From positions 17,918,001 to 17,982,000 of the forward strand of contig CM022671.1 of NCBI GenBank assembly GCA_012295275.1: a stretch of DNA of 64,000 nt, read 5' to 3'. The position numbers and the translations under genes were made by a program. The notes beneath the pieces were generated by a model. It saw only the letters and a list, made by a program, of their open reading frames with translations, was not told the DNA's origin and made no database searches. Shown here one piece after another: positions 1-13,810 of this stretch. Numbering within the stretch: the first letter of the stretch is position 1; the number at the start of each line of letters is the position of its first letter. The stretch is from Chrysomallon squamiferum (taxonomy: Eukaryota > Animalia > Mollusca).

Positions 1-117
1 ATTGAACAGAAATATTAGGGATCATGGAATTTATCAATTTATAAACTTAATCATTATAAACTGAGTGACCAGATAATATATCAATCTGGCAACATTAATA
101 CAGCAGACATTGTGTAC

Positions 118-330
118 CATAGAAACATAATGGCAAACACTTCTACACCCATCTTAATTAATCTATATTAATGTGGAAACATTATTACTACAAACATTAA
201 TATTATAAACATTATATATTATAGAAAAATAATGGCCAACACTGCTATATACATCTTAATTAATCTAAATTAATCTGGAAACATTAATACTATGAACATT
301 ATATACTTCAGAAAAACAATGGCAAACATG
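118..330. repeat. About 100-bp tandem duplication (two copies plus a partial third)
   Basis: tagaaa(c/a)ataatggc(a/c)aacact…catcttaattaatcta(t/a)attaat(g/c)tggaaacatta occurs at about 120 and about 222. Confidence 0.85.
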
Positions 331-1621
331 GACTTCATTACTTTATTATTATACATATCTTCAACAATACTGTTATCATAATACACAGAATCTTTTTTTT
401 TTTTTATAAAATAGGGATCATAGAGTTTATTAATTTATTCACTTCATCATCAAAATTTAAAGGATTAAATTAAAGTGTTTGTGGCATACTGTAAAATGAA
501 ACTAGAAATTTTAGATCTCATCAATAAAAGTTAATCTCAGTTTCCATGATCAACATCAATTTATGTATGCATTTTAAACATCAGTTTATAATTACATATA
601 TCAGCAACAACACTTTTTTATACACACCATCAATAATATTCTGTCATAATATACTGAACAAAATTATTTAGGCAGCATTAACCTATTCAACATTACTTTT
701 AATATATTCAGAATTTAATTTTTTTTTTTTTGGATATTGTCAATGTAACTTTACTTGATGCTGATAATACTGGATAATTGATATCATCTATAAAAAAATA
801 AGTCATACGAATAAAATGAATTACAGATTAAGGACTTCATGAAACAATTTTTTTCACTGTAAAGTGAACAGGCAAAAATATATTAAAAGAATAGACAGCG
901 TAGAAATCTTCCACATAACTATATATTATACTGTATTAAACAAAACTTTACTATTAGGGAATAGTTGTTCACTTAATGCTGATAATACTGGATAATTGTT
1001 ACACAAATAAAGACATATAATTCTGTACTGACAGTACATTCTGGTCCACAAAAATAATCTATATTTTCACATCAGTGATTCAAAATCCAATGGTTAAGTA
1101 TTTTTGTTTCATACTTGACATGATCCCTAACTTTTTTGGTCAGTATAATCAGGTGAAATTTAATCTTTGAAAAATAATAGCATTTTAGTGAAATGTTACC
1201 AGTATTAAAATTAGTATGGCTTATTGAACTCAATCTCTTTATACTTCTTGTTTTAGGATAATTGTACAGCACTGATTTAAGATTCCCTGATCTTAACATT
1301 ACCATACAAAACTCTGGGGCTACAGAAATTTTAAAAATAAAAAGTTATCACTGGCAGAACATAAGCAGACTAACACTAGAGGCACATTGTTACTGATTAT
1401 TATGATTGGACAAATAAGTTGGGGGAAAAAAACACGTAGTAAAATATTTTCTGAAATGTGAGTTGTTGATTAACTTTTCCTTCAGGCTGGTTTAAGTCAC
1501 TGGAGTTATAATGATTGTACTGAAAATGTGAATGTTATGTTTCGTCAAATAGATGTTTCTTTAGAATGTTTTATACTTAGGTCAGAAACATACACTAGCA
1601 CAAATACATGTATGTATTCAA

Positions 1622-1660
<39 letters not shown>

Positions 1661-1869
1661 AAAAGGGGGTTGAATGAGAAGAAAAAACATCATGCAGAGA
1701 TTTTTACATATAAAAGATAGCTAAATAAAAATAAAAATATACATCCTGATTATGTTTGAACAAAAAATACTGAACAGAACAGATTAATATTTGTTTCAAC
1801 TAGTATCTTGCACAACATCCATCCAAAACAAACAAAATTACAGACAGCCAAAGTCAAACACAAGAGCCA

Positions 1870-2480
1870 CTGTGAATTCGAAATTACTCAACAAATCAAA
1901 AAGCCATGATCTCTATTAATTTGTAATTATTTCTCCCCAACTGCTAGAGTGAGTTATCAGTCCTGTAAGTGCAATATTTCCCATTTATCATAAGCAGAGT
2001 CAGCTCTGATCTGTGTCATACCAACACACAAGTTCAGAACAGGCGACAAAATGCGGCACTAATGGACCGCAAGTGGTTTCGTTCTGCCAATCAGCGCTGG
2101 AGAACCAGGAACTTCGGACTCACAATTAATATGGCGAAGTTTCTCTTCAGATCTCTGGTGGTGTCACCCTGTTGAGCTATGCTTATTTAATTACTAGCTA
2201 GGTGGATTATGAGGAAGGGAAATACAATGAGATTCAAACAGACAGCTCGCTGGAGAACTCACGAAATTCATGTGCAGTGTATGATGTTTACTGGTACAAG
2301 CAATAAACAATGGCAAATCGATAAACAAAATTGCTGAGGGTCTCGGAATGATGGATGAATGGATGTGTTTATGCGATGGACCTTTGTGGGTGGTTTTGCT
2401 ATGGGAATCGTAATTAACTGTCATGGCAGAATTATTGTAGAAGTTTCATAGGTGAAGTTTTTAACTTTTAATTATCCACG
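1870..2480. promoter_or_regulatory. Putative cis-regulatory or promoter-like island in the intron downstream of the 2859-2958 exon
   Basis: Non-repetitive, raised GC, about 15 CpG by manual count versus about 4 in 1-1600. Contains GCCAATCAG, AATATGGCG, TGTTTAC, two TAAACAA and AACAATGG. Confidence 0.45.
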
Positions 2481-2858
2481 TTTAGCTAGGATCTGGAGAA
2501 GATTTTGGAAGGTTTATTATTATTATTATTTTTTTTTTATATTAAAGTAACATTATGCAATTAATGAGCATATACAACAGTAATTAAAGGTAATTTATAT
2601 AATGGCCAAAGCAAGAGAAAGAGAGAAAGAGAAAAAGAGAAAACGATAGACAGAAAGAAAGAAAAAAATGAAAACAAAGAGACAGAAAAAGAAAAAAATT
2701 AAAGAGGCAAACAAGACAGAAAGAGAAAAAATTAGAAAGAAAGAAAGAAAGAAAAACAGGTAGGCAATGAGATTAAAAAAGAAGAATGAATGATGAAAGG
2801 AAATTAAACATATAAAATTTATTACACCTGTATCACAGGTGAGATTATTTATTCTTAC

Positions 2859-2958
2859 CTGAACTTTATACTGTGAATTTTCTTAACACCAAAACTCCAC
2901 ACTCCACCCAGCTTTTGTTCCAGCTGACTGTTGAAGATGTGTTCCCACAGATACAAGC
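2859..2958 (-). CDS. RXYLT1: Next internal coding exon (probably exon 3) of the RXYLT1/TMEM5 orthologue
   Basis: Minus strand reads ttacattttcAG|GCTTGTATCTGTGG…AAGTTCAG|GTaagaat. The exon is 100 nt, phase 1-2, and translates (G)LYLWEHIFNSQLEQKLGGVWSFGVKKIHSIKF(R/S). The split codon G|GC completes IWGKAAIGLYLWEHIF with the 44148-44336 exon, matching the recalled TMEM5 motif. Confidence 0.93.
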
Positions 2959-3069
2959 CTGAAAATGTAAAAAAAATAATTGTCAAACACAGATAAAATG
3001 AAATAACATTTACAGTGTCATCAAAGCCAAGTTTTATTAATAATTTCTGTTTGTAAATATATATGTGTC

Positions 3070-3175
<106 letters not shown>

Positions 3176-4033
3176 TGACACAAAGAGACAGAAACAGAGA
3201 GAGAAGGAAAAAAAAGATTGAGAAAGTGAGAAAGAGAGAGAAGTTTAATTACTAACTTTTAACAGAGATGAGAAAGTAGAAAAAGAAGAGAGAAAATAGA
3301 AGATAGAGAAGAGAATTTAAGCACATAAAGTAAAAGAAAAAAAAAAGAAACAGAATAAAAGATGAGAAAAGAAAGAAAAAAACAACAAGAAAGATTAGAA
3401 AATAGAAAAAGGAAAGAAAGAGAAACACAACATAGATAAATAAACAATAAAGCCAAAAAATGTAATTATTATCATTCCTACAAAATTTTTTTATTTCTAA
3501 TGTCTTTATGTATTTAACACATGCAGTTTAAAAAGACTGTCAATTAACAGTGGTAATTCAACACAAAAATGTCATCCCAACCCAGTTCCATTAATAACAG
3601 TTACATATCCAGTTTAGACACATACCATCCATCAGCACAAGTATACAATTAGCAATTCTCCGAGGACATATAACACAAATTTTTATTACTACCACAATAA
3701 TATGACTTCATTTCTTATTAGTTTTAATTGGGAATTATTGGAAACACAAGTTTTATCACAGACTTGTCATCTCTGATGTGCAAGTGGCCATGAAAATAAA
3801 CATTTGAGAGACGTGAACAAAATCAATGTCGGTTATTTCATGCTACAAGAAAGTATCCGACATGAGTTTTTACTTCATGTTTTGCTCTAAAGGTGAACAT
3901 AAAAAGAAAAAAGAAAAAAGAGAATGGTCTGGTTTGGCTGATTGATTCATTGAAAATGTTGTCTGCTGTGAAAAATGATCAAGTTAATATTCTATACCTT
4001 CTGGAATATTGATGAGAGCAAGAGTGAGAAAGT

Positions 4034-4198
<165 letters not shown>

Positions 4199-5163
4199 AC
4201 AAAGAGAAAGAATGAAAGAGAGTGAAGGAAAGAGAGGAAAAACAAGAACAAGAGAGACAAAGAGTGAGAAAATAAACAAGTGAATCAGACAGACACACAG
4301 GCAGATATATAAACAGATGGATACATATACTGTATATGTGACTCAAAGCATCCAGAAAAACTATGAATGTATCAGAATGTATGAGAAAGAGAGTAAAAGA
4401 CAGAACAGAAAAAGAGGGAAAGAGAAAGAAGACAAATGAAGCAGTCAGGTAAAAGAAAGAATGCCAGAGCAACAGAAACACAAATGTAGAATGTATGATA
4501 AATAGAGAGAAAAATAGAGAGAAAAAGACTCCAAAAGAGAAAAACAAATGCAGGCAATGTCTAACTGAAAGAAGGAAAAAGAAAAATCTTCACTATTCCA
4601 CAGAGCTAAGAAAACTGCATCAAAGTGATTTTTGAAATCTTTTTTTTCTCTCTCTCTCTCTCTTTTCTTTGTGAATCCACGAGATGTGCAAAAATCTTTT
4701 AGGTACGTTAATTCAGTTATCCATCATGATACTTGACAGGAGTCTTTGAGTTAAAGTCTCTTGTGAAGCGTGTATGATTTTATTCAGACCCTTCAAAGAT
4801 TACAGGGCTGAAAGTAATAGTGTGGAAAATGTTATGTAATTGTGACTGGTGGTGAGGAAAGAGGCATTTAGTTCACTTATTAAATATTAAAAATGAAGCT
4901 GAAAAATAAAAATGTGACAAAATATTGTGACAAACAGTGTTTAATAAAATGCTAAATTATCATAAAGTTTCTGCTAAATGAACACGTTACTACAAAACAG
5001 ACCATAAGCATTTTTTTTTTTTTTAATTGATTCATGAATTTAGATTTAATACTAAATGAGAATCTAGGAGTTTGGCAATTTAAAAAAAATAAAAGTAAAT
5101 AAAACTATTTAAAAACTAACTCATTTCACAGTTATTAAGCATAATAACCATATATATATATTT

Positions 5164-5585
5164 GAACTAGAGCAGTGGATCAAATATTACATCAACCTAA
5201 ACTAGAGCAGTGGATCAAATGTTCCATCAATCTGAACTACAGCAGTGGATCAAATATTCTGTCTATCAATCTAAACTAGAGCAGTGGATCAAATATTCCA
5301 TCAACCTAAACTAGAGCAGTGGATCAAATGTTCCATCAATCTGAACTACAGCAGTGGATCAAATATTCTGTCAACCTAACTAGAGCAGTGGATCAAATAT
5401 TCTGTCAACCTTAACTAGAGCAGTGGATCAAATATTCCATCAACCTGAACTAGAGCAGTGGATCAAATATTCTGTCAAAATAACTAGAGCAGTGGATCAA
5501 ATATTCCATCAACCTGAACTAGAGCAATGGATCAAATATTCTGTCAACCTAATTAGAACACTGGATCAAATATTTTGTCAAGCTG
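5164..5585. repeat. 35-bp minisatellite, about 12 copies
   Basis: Unit approximately AACTAGAGCAGTGGATCAAATATTCCATCAACCTG. TGGATCAAAT recurs 12 times at about 35-nt spacing. Confidence 0.95.
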
Positions 5586-6438
5586 AAATTGTAAGCAGCA
5601 CACTGAGTCAAATATTTCACATTTCATCAACAAGAAATGTTGATGTTACTGCAGGACATAACTAAACTGTCCGTTGATTAATATTTTAAAACATCGTCAG
5701 CAAAGCAATCACAAGCGATTTCCACTGCCAATAAAACACCGTAATTAGATAGGATTACAAAAGCGTTCCACTCAGTGACTAACTGTCATTTAATGCCAAT
5801 CTTTATCCCACGAAGAAACACATCAATTTGCCTCCAGCAACAGGACAATATTCTCATTCAAAGACTGCAAACACCCTGTTCAGATAAACCCCAGCCCAAA
5901 CAAAAGACCCTGGCAATTTGAATGGATTTCATTTTCAGCTCAATTCTTGTGCCAGCGGGACGCAGAGACAGGCAGACAGACAGTTACAAATAGTGTGTGA
6001 GATAAACATCTGTACTTAGAAGTTGTAACTATCTCTGCTTGGTACAGAAAACACACAGTGATGATGAATGTAGTCAAACGATTCAACAAGATAAGCAGTG
6101 GAAAAGAAAGACAGAGACAGAGACAGTGAGACAGAGAGAGAGAGGAACAGCAACAGAGACAAAAAGAGATAGGGGTATAAACAGATATAAAGCAAGAAAG
6201 ATAAAAAAAAAAAAAAAAAGAAAAAGAAACAGATGAAAAGGAAAGGAGGAAAGAAAAAGAGAAAACAAAAGAAAGACTAAACAAAATGCATGCATAAATA
6301 TACAAACACATATAAATACAAAACATACACACCACAAATACATACATAAATACACAAACACAAAAGAAGAATATTCTTTCCAATACACTTTGTTATTGCA
6401 TTATAAACACAACCTGTTATTGCATTATAAACATAACC

Positions 6439-6493
<55 letters not shown>

Positions 6494-7138
6494 GTATTTA
6501 CCTTCATTATTTCATCTGAACCATTAAGATAATGATGACATCAAAACGTAAGCTCATTATTAACTACATATGGGTGGCTATTATTAGAATGACACCTGGT
6601 GATTTTTGGCTGGGATTTTCTACAAACGTGTGCTAGATGATGAATTTCCAATACATAAAGCTTCTGTAAAAAAATGTGGAATGGAAATAATTTATACACT
6701 TTGAAACTGTAATAGAAAATGTTTCTGTAATGACCATGGTACATAAATATGATGGGGAAGACAACATCAGTGTGTTATCACTCAACTTGTATACAAAACT
6801 ACATAAACTCTTTTTTTATATATACTTCTTTTTTATATTTTTTTGATTACCTACAGCTTACTCTTGACTGCTTTATTAATATCACTGATAGACTTAAGTG
6901 TTTCTGTATATGTCTGTCAAGCTGCAATTAATTATTGTCTCTGTTTTTTCCTTCTCTTTCATATTTTTTAAATATTATTATGATTTAATGTACATGTGTG
7001 GGCAGGTGTGTGAATGTTTCATTTATTATTACTGCTGCTACCACTACTGCTGTTACTACTACTACTACTGACCACTATTGCTGCTGCTACTATTACTACT
7101 ACACTATTGCTACTACTACTATTACTACTACACTATTG

Positions 7139-7172
<34 letters not shown>

Positions 7173-7646
7173 ACACCATTTTTTTTCATTGTTAACAAAA
7201 TTACTTGCATCAATAATTCAATATGTTATTTGTGAATATCCATCCAGGTATCCATGTATAGATATTTCTTATCTTTTTTTAATAATTTTATTCAAGCTAA
7301 ATAAACATTATGTCCTAACAGTCTGTGCAGAAAGAGAAATTGATACATTTCATGGATTCATTTCAAAACTCTGCAATTAATTAAATCATTGATGGTCAAA
7401 ATGTCACAGTTCTTGGATTTGTTTAAATGAAATTCAATATTTAACTAAACCACTGCCATTTGATAACTGATGAATTCCTTTAAATAAAACTCAATATTTA
7501 AATAAATCAGTGACTTTTTATAATCCATGAATCCCTTTAAACAAAACTCTGCATTTAACTGAACCAGTGATGTAACTGAAGATATTCATAGAATCTGCTC
7601 AATTACAAATGTTTTATTTATTTATTATCTATCAGGAAGTTGCAAG

Positions 7647-7680
<34 letters not shown>

Positions 7681-7964
7681 ACACTGAGAGAGAAAAATGT
7701 CACCATATTTTACAGAAAAACACTTGAGACATTTCTGAAATGACAAAAATGGTTTCCAGTAGGATGTTGCTGGGTTTGACATTTTCAATAATAAAATTTA
7801 AATTGGACAGTTGAGAGAATTGTGCTTGAAATTGTAACACCTGCGACATTTTGAAAAGTAACAAGATGCGAGTGTGTGAATATTGTGTGTGTTTAGATAC
7901 AAATGTATGAATGTACATATGTATGTATGGATGGATGGATGGAGAAAAAATGTTTTTTTTATAT

Positions 7965-8240
7965 GATTATCATAATTAATTCACCAAAGATCTAGAATAA
8001 GAAATTTTTGTTCTGACCATCACAATTTTCATCAAAGATCTAGAATAAGAAATTTTTGTTCTGACCATCAGAATTAATTAAACAAAATTCTAGAATAAGA
8101 AAGTTTTGCTATGACCATCAGAATTAATTCAGCAAAGATCTTCAGTAAGATATTTTTGTTCTGACCATCATGATTAACTTACCAACGATCGGTGGTATGA
8201 AATTTGTTCTTATCGCCATCACAATTAAGAATTCACCAAG
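7965..8240. repeat. About 50-bp tandem repeat, about 5 copies
   Basis: Recurrent caaagatctagaataagaaatttttgttctgaccatcacaatt. Confidence 0.9.
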
Positions 8241-9128
8241 GGTATGTAAATGATAGGCCAGAAGACATTTATCTGAGAAACTGATGAATACGTGGCAAAT
8301 AGATTAGTTTGTTAATTATACAGAATATGATTGCCCAAGGGTGAATAACTGACATATTAGAATCCCCATGACAACCAACACATTAGTGAACTAAGAAGTG
8401 CTGCTAAACAACCTATTAAAAACATAGACAATATGTCTAGCCATTGTTACTTGACATTTTCAAAAAGTTTATGCTATGGGTGCTTGTACATTAAATAAGT
8501 CCAGAAGTCATATTTTCTTTTTTCAATACATGTCTGAAATTAAATGCTGTGAGAACCTATGTTCCCCTCCAAAATAAATAAATAAATAAATAATAATATA
8601 TATATATATATATACATGAACAAACATATTTAAATAATAGCAGCAAGAAACATAAAAACAGTAATATCAAATAATGAATAACAACTATTAAACAAACACA
8701 AACACTTTTTTTTTTTTACAAGTTATCATCAATAATTTTCAATTAACTGTTTTGTTTTAAACCATATTTATTTATTTAAATAACAAACCATCACTGCAGT
8801 GACAAACCCCACCCTAGTTTTATCAAGTTTTAAACTATTGTTTTGATATATCATGTAAGACCTGGGGCCAAGGCCGGCTGAAATGTTTATTTTGATTGAC
8901 AAAACAGTGTGACATTTTGTTTAGAGGTCATCTCCACAGAATCCACTGACCAGGTGCTCGTCATAAAAATATGTTCACCTTTTATTGTCCAAATTACCAA
9001 GTTTTATGTACCAATGCGACAATTTCAACGTATTTCATTTGAAAATTATCTTAGAATGCAGTCAACTACCCAAATAAGTGAATTAAAAAAAATAATATAA
9101 TAGTATAAAAATATAATAAGAACATAAA

Positions 9129-9198
<70 letters not shown>

Positions 9199-9651
9199 TA
9201 ATAAAATAATAATAAAAAACAAATAAATAAATAATATATCTAAGTATGAATTTATTCTTTATATATATATATATATAAAACAACATTTTGAACTGATATT
9301 TTGAGGTGATTACATAATGGCTGCCAGACAACAAGCATCCTGGCCTTCTTCCTTTACCTACCATCAACAGAACAAAGCTATGCAAAATGATATACACTGT
9401 TTTAAAAAAAACTTTGGTCCTAAATGACATTTATTATAGTATAGACATTTTTTTCTTTTGTACTTTTCAGAATGTGGGTTTAAAAAAAATAAAAAAGGTG
9501 AAATAAAATGAAAAATTTGATTTACATGTGTCACCACATAAAATAAACCACCAAGAAAATTTTATATCATATCATTTATCTGAAATCTACCTTCAGGGTG
9601 CAAGACCATTAAACACTCACTCACCTTTTATCTTTTTTTCTCTTTCTCTTT

Positions 9652-9686
<35 letters not shown>

Positions 9687-9974
9687 ACCATTTTAACATC
9701 TGTTTTTAGGACACCGCAATAAAAATAAATAAATAATAAAAATATATAAAAAAAACACCTTATCTTCTACAAAACAGACACACACTATAAAAGGTAATGG
9801 CCAGCAGCAAAGAGGACTGTATAAATCAGTGTGTGTGTGTGACTGAGTGGATGATAAAACAGGGAACAGTTTACTAATTGGTGTCATTTGGAGCAACAGA
9901 GACAGACCAGAGAGTTATAACAAATGAATAACAATGGCAGTCAGTGGGTACACTTGTCAGACAGACAGAGAGAC

Positions 9975-10440
9975 TGAGGTTAATGATTTGTCTGTGTCAG
10001 CACTTTATTTTCAGTTATAATACACACACACACACACACAAACACATACATATAATTGAAAATATACACACACATACAGAAAATCTTTTTAAAAATTAAC
10101 AAGCAGAGGGTACTTGCTTTATTATTATTTAGTCTTAGTCTTAATAATGGGTTTTTGCCTGTGTTAGCAGTTTCAACATTTATAATATATATTATAATAT
10201 GTATTTACTTATTTTACTGTTGTTGTTATCACTGAGTCTTAGTAATGATTTGTCTGTGTCAGCAACCTTTTCAATTATAATACATATTTTTTTAATTTAA
10301 CAAGTAGAGTATACTTGCATTGTTATTATTGTTGTTGTTGTTGTTGTTAACATTGAGTCTCAGCAATGATTTGTTAGTGTCAGCACTATTTTCAGTTATA
10401 TATCTTTTTAAAATTTAACATATAGAGGATACTCATAGTT
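9975..10440. repeat. Degenerate local repeat, 3-4 copies
   Basis: aatgatttgt(ct/ta)gtgtcagca…ttca(g/a)ttata…ttaacaag…agag(g/t)(g/a)tact recurs. Confidence 0.8.
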
Positions 10441-10806
10441 AGAACTAGTAGTGGTAACAGTACTAGTAGAAGGAGCAGGAATGATAAGAAAGATCATGAG
10501 TAATCATAGTAAAAGCTGAAGTAGTTGTTGAAATGGTAGTAGTAGTTGAAGTGGTATTATTAGCTGTAATAGTGGTAATACTTGTAGTGCAATAGTAGTA
10601 ATAATAGTTATAAAAATCGTAGTTATAGTAATTGTGGGAGCAGTACTAATAATAGTAGCAATTGTGGTTACAGTAGTAGTTACAGTAGTTGTAGGAATAA
10701 TAGTTGTAATAGTAGTTGAAGTAGTAGTAGTAGTAGTAATAGTAGCAGTAGTGATGGTGATACTGATGGCAGGGGATGGTCATTGTTGTAGTGATTGTGT
10801 TATCAA

Positions 10807-10864
<58 letters not shown>

Positions 10865-10865
10865 G
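10440..10865. repeat. Degenerate (TAG/TAA/TTG)n trinucleotide tract ending in (ATT)n
   Basis: Triplet-periodic low-complexity sequence. Similar tracts lie at about 7025-7170, 15230-15380 and 31365-31665. Confidence 0.9.
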
Positions 10866-10995
10866 CTGTGGAATAATAGTAGATGCCATTGTTGCAATGA
10901 TGTTAAACAGTTGGTTATGTAATAATAATATTCAACATAAATAAAAGAATAAAAAGAGAGAAAATGGAACTTTATTTTAAGCAAATTATAATTAA

Positions 10996-11036
<41 letters not shown>

Positions 11037-12349
11037 CAATAATAAAAATAAATAAATTTAAAAATAATAATAATACAGAATAAAATTAAAATAAAATAAC
11101 GCAAATTTAAATAAAATAAAAAAAAAACAAAGAAAGAAGAAAAGAAATAATAATAATAAAAAAAAACATATATATAGATATATATAGTAAAACAAAGAAC
11201 AAAATGACATCTGCCATACACACAGAATTCTCTGTTCTTTGTAATCGCATGACTATTAAAGACAGGTGTCTCTGCATTCGAGATATCTGCTGTAAGTAGC
11301 TGAAATAAATCTCTGCAATTTGTCTACGCAGGAAGCAGGGAAGAGAAAACACTATCGTCTTTTATCTTCATCCTCCTGGCAAATCAATTTTCAAGGTGAC
11401 AAGCTGCTGGTGCAAGTGTGTAGACTTCACAAGCAGATCTGTTTGGATGTTTCAGTCCAGTCCTCAGTTTTGAAGACATCTTTCATTATCTCTCTCATGT
11501 CCATGACTCTACTCTGTCAACAGCTTGAAATTGTCTGTGACAAAAATTTACTTTTTTCATTCTTTTTATTTATTTTTTTTAAAAATAAATATGAAATATG
11601 ATTTATGGATCTGTTTTAGCGATAATATATATAAAAAAAAAAATAATAATAATAATAGAAGAAGAATTTCAGACAAGAAGAAGAACAATAATAACAATAA
11701 CAACAACAACAATAATAATAAAACATTATTATTATTATTATTATTATTGTTATCAATAAATATTGTATGTTATGTGGATCAAGATGGAATATTGTAAAAT
11801 ACTGTTGAATATACTATCATATAGTAAAATACAGAGAAATGCAGCAATAATGTATAATGTAATCATAAACAGTAAAACTGAAGTAATACTATAACATGAC
11901 AATTTTGTGGTCAGTGACTGAAAAAAAAAATGTTACTGTTATTTATATCCCACTTTTTGTCAAATCTATATTTTTTATCAATTATCAGCAAGGGATTCTT
12001 TCCCACAGGATGAATGGTTGCATTTGAGTTCAATGAGCCCTGGCTAGAATGGGTAATGGTTGAAATAACATTAACACTATCAATAACAATATAATAAGAA
12101 GAAGAACAGTGATAACAAAGGGGAGAAAAGTAAAAATAATTATTTCCTAAAGTACATTCTGCTTTTCCATCACTTTTGCAGAAATGATACCTATTTTTAA
12201 AAATGTTTATGCGAAGCACAACAAACAAAAGACTTAACTATACTTAAATAAATCTTTATTTTCAGTTACTGTCCCATCTTAATGTGCCGTCCAAAGTCAG
12301 ACAGCTAATGCAGAAGTCATGTCGAATCCATTTCATAAATCTGATAGCA

Positions 12350-12950
12350 CTTTATTAACCAGTAAATGTCTGTTTGTACCTCTACTTACTGAAGGGTTCA
12401 AAGAGTAACTGTTCTTGTTCTGATTTGTAGATCAGTAAATGCCAATTACCAAAGAGTTCAGTATGTGATAGATTTCATACTGACTTTATAAACAAGTACA
12501 CTTCTTTTTTTAGTTATCAGACAGTTTGAAGAGTTGTACTAGGTTTATAAACTAGTAAATGTCCATTTCTGTCTTTCTTTATCAAAGCATTCTAAAGGTG
12601 AATGATTCAGTAAACTAGTAAATATCTTTTTCTGTCTTTCTTTTATTGAAGAGTTCAGTATGTGATAGATCTCATCCTAATCTTATAAACAAGAAAACTT
12701 ATTTTTCTAGTTATTATACATCTGCACAGTCATACTAGGTTTATAAACTAGTAAATGTCATGTTTCTGTCTTATTTTCCACAAATGGTTCTGGTTCTAGG
12801 ACCGATTTTATAAACTTGTAAAAAAATGTTTTTATAGTTATTACAGAATCTGAAAAATTATGGCTGTTGCACTAGGTTTGTTAATTAGTAAATGTCTGTT
12901 TCTGCCTTTTTTTACCAAAAGGTTCAATATGAAACAGATATCCGTACCAT
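12350..12950. repeat. Degenerate tandem array
   Basis: Repeated ctaggtttataaactagtaaatgtc and aagagttcagtatgtgatagat blocks. Confidence 0.8.
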
Positions 12951-13289
12951 AAAAACACTGAATGGGTTATGGCTGTTGCATTAAAATTTGTTCACCATTG
13001 TATTTTTATCTGTATCTGTCAGTACCATGGTTCAAATACTGAATTTGCAAAATCTGCAAATATTTCAAACTATCTGGATCACTACAACAGAAGAAAGCAG
13101 CATCCATAAAATATATTTAACAGACTGGTTGAAATGAGAAACTAGTCAGACATAACAGTGAGAGACACATCTGTGAGAAACCAAATTAGTGATCAAGTTT
13201 GTCTGTCTGACACAGACCAAATTCTAGAACCTAATATCTAGTTCAGTGGTTCAGACAACTAACACCAGTACTATAAACAATAGAGAAAC

Positions 13290-13810
13290 AAAATGAATTT
13301 AATTCTTATTTTTCAGTTATTAATAGCAAGAGCAGTTACAAAGATTTGAACCTTGTTACAAACAACTTAAAAATAACAGTTAAATTTGACAGGCGAAGAT
13401 TCAGTTCAGTTGTTCAAACTTCCAACACTGTGTATTAGATGTCTGTAGTATAAGAAGAATTTGATTCTTACTCTTACTCAATTATTAATATACTGCAGGA
13501 GCAGTTACAAGACTTGAACGTTGTAACTAACAATTTGAAATTCAACAAGCCCATATCCAGTTCAAAATTTCAATCAACCAACACTTGTGTTACAAAAATT
13601 AGAATTTAATTCACACTCTTGGTCTATTATTAATGCACAGGAGCTGTTGCAATTTAACAAGCTTATATCTAGTTCACCATTTCAAGAACTCAGCACTAGG
13701 TTTAAATAACTGTTTTATAAAGATTAGTGAGAAGAATTTTATTTTTTGCTCTAACTCATTTATTAATATGCAGCAGGAGCTGTTATAAGGACTTTAACCC
13801 TTTAACTACC
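13290..13810. repeat. Degenerate tandem array of about 150 bp, 4 copies
   Basis: gaattt…ttattaata…(a/g)gagc(a/t)gtt(a/g)caa recurs four times. Confidence 0.7.

Noticed and set aside
1072-1305. Minus-strand 77-aa ORF as the next RXYLT1 exon
   Set aside because: No resemblance to the expected downstream RXYLT1 sequence (TGP…LNGR) and no convincing splice sites.
5164-5585. CRISPR-like appearance (constant core plus variable tail)
   Set aside because: The variable parts are only about 13 nt and related to each other. There are no cas genes and the context is a eukaryotic intron, so it is a minisatellite.
10634-11221. Hydrophobic V/I/Y/N-rich ORFs (also at about 7000-7380, 9083-9430, 15190-15474 and 31332-31598)
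   Set aside because: Trinucleotide low-complexity tracts that are open in several frames, with no splice or homology support.
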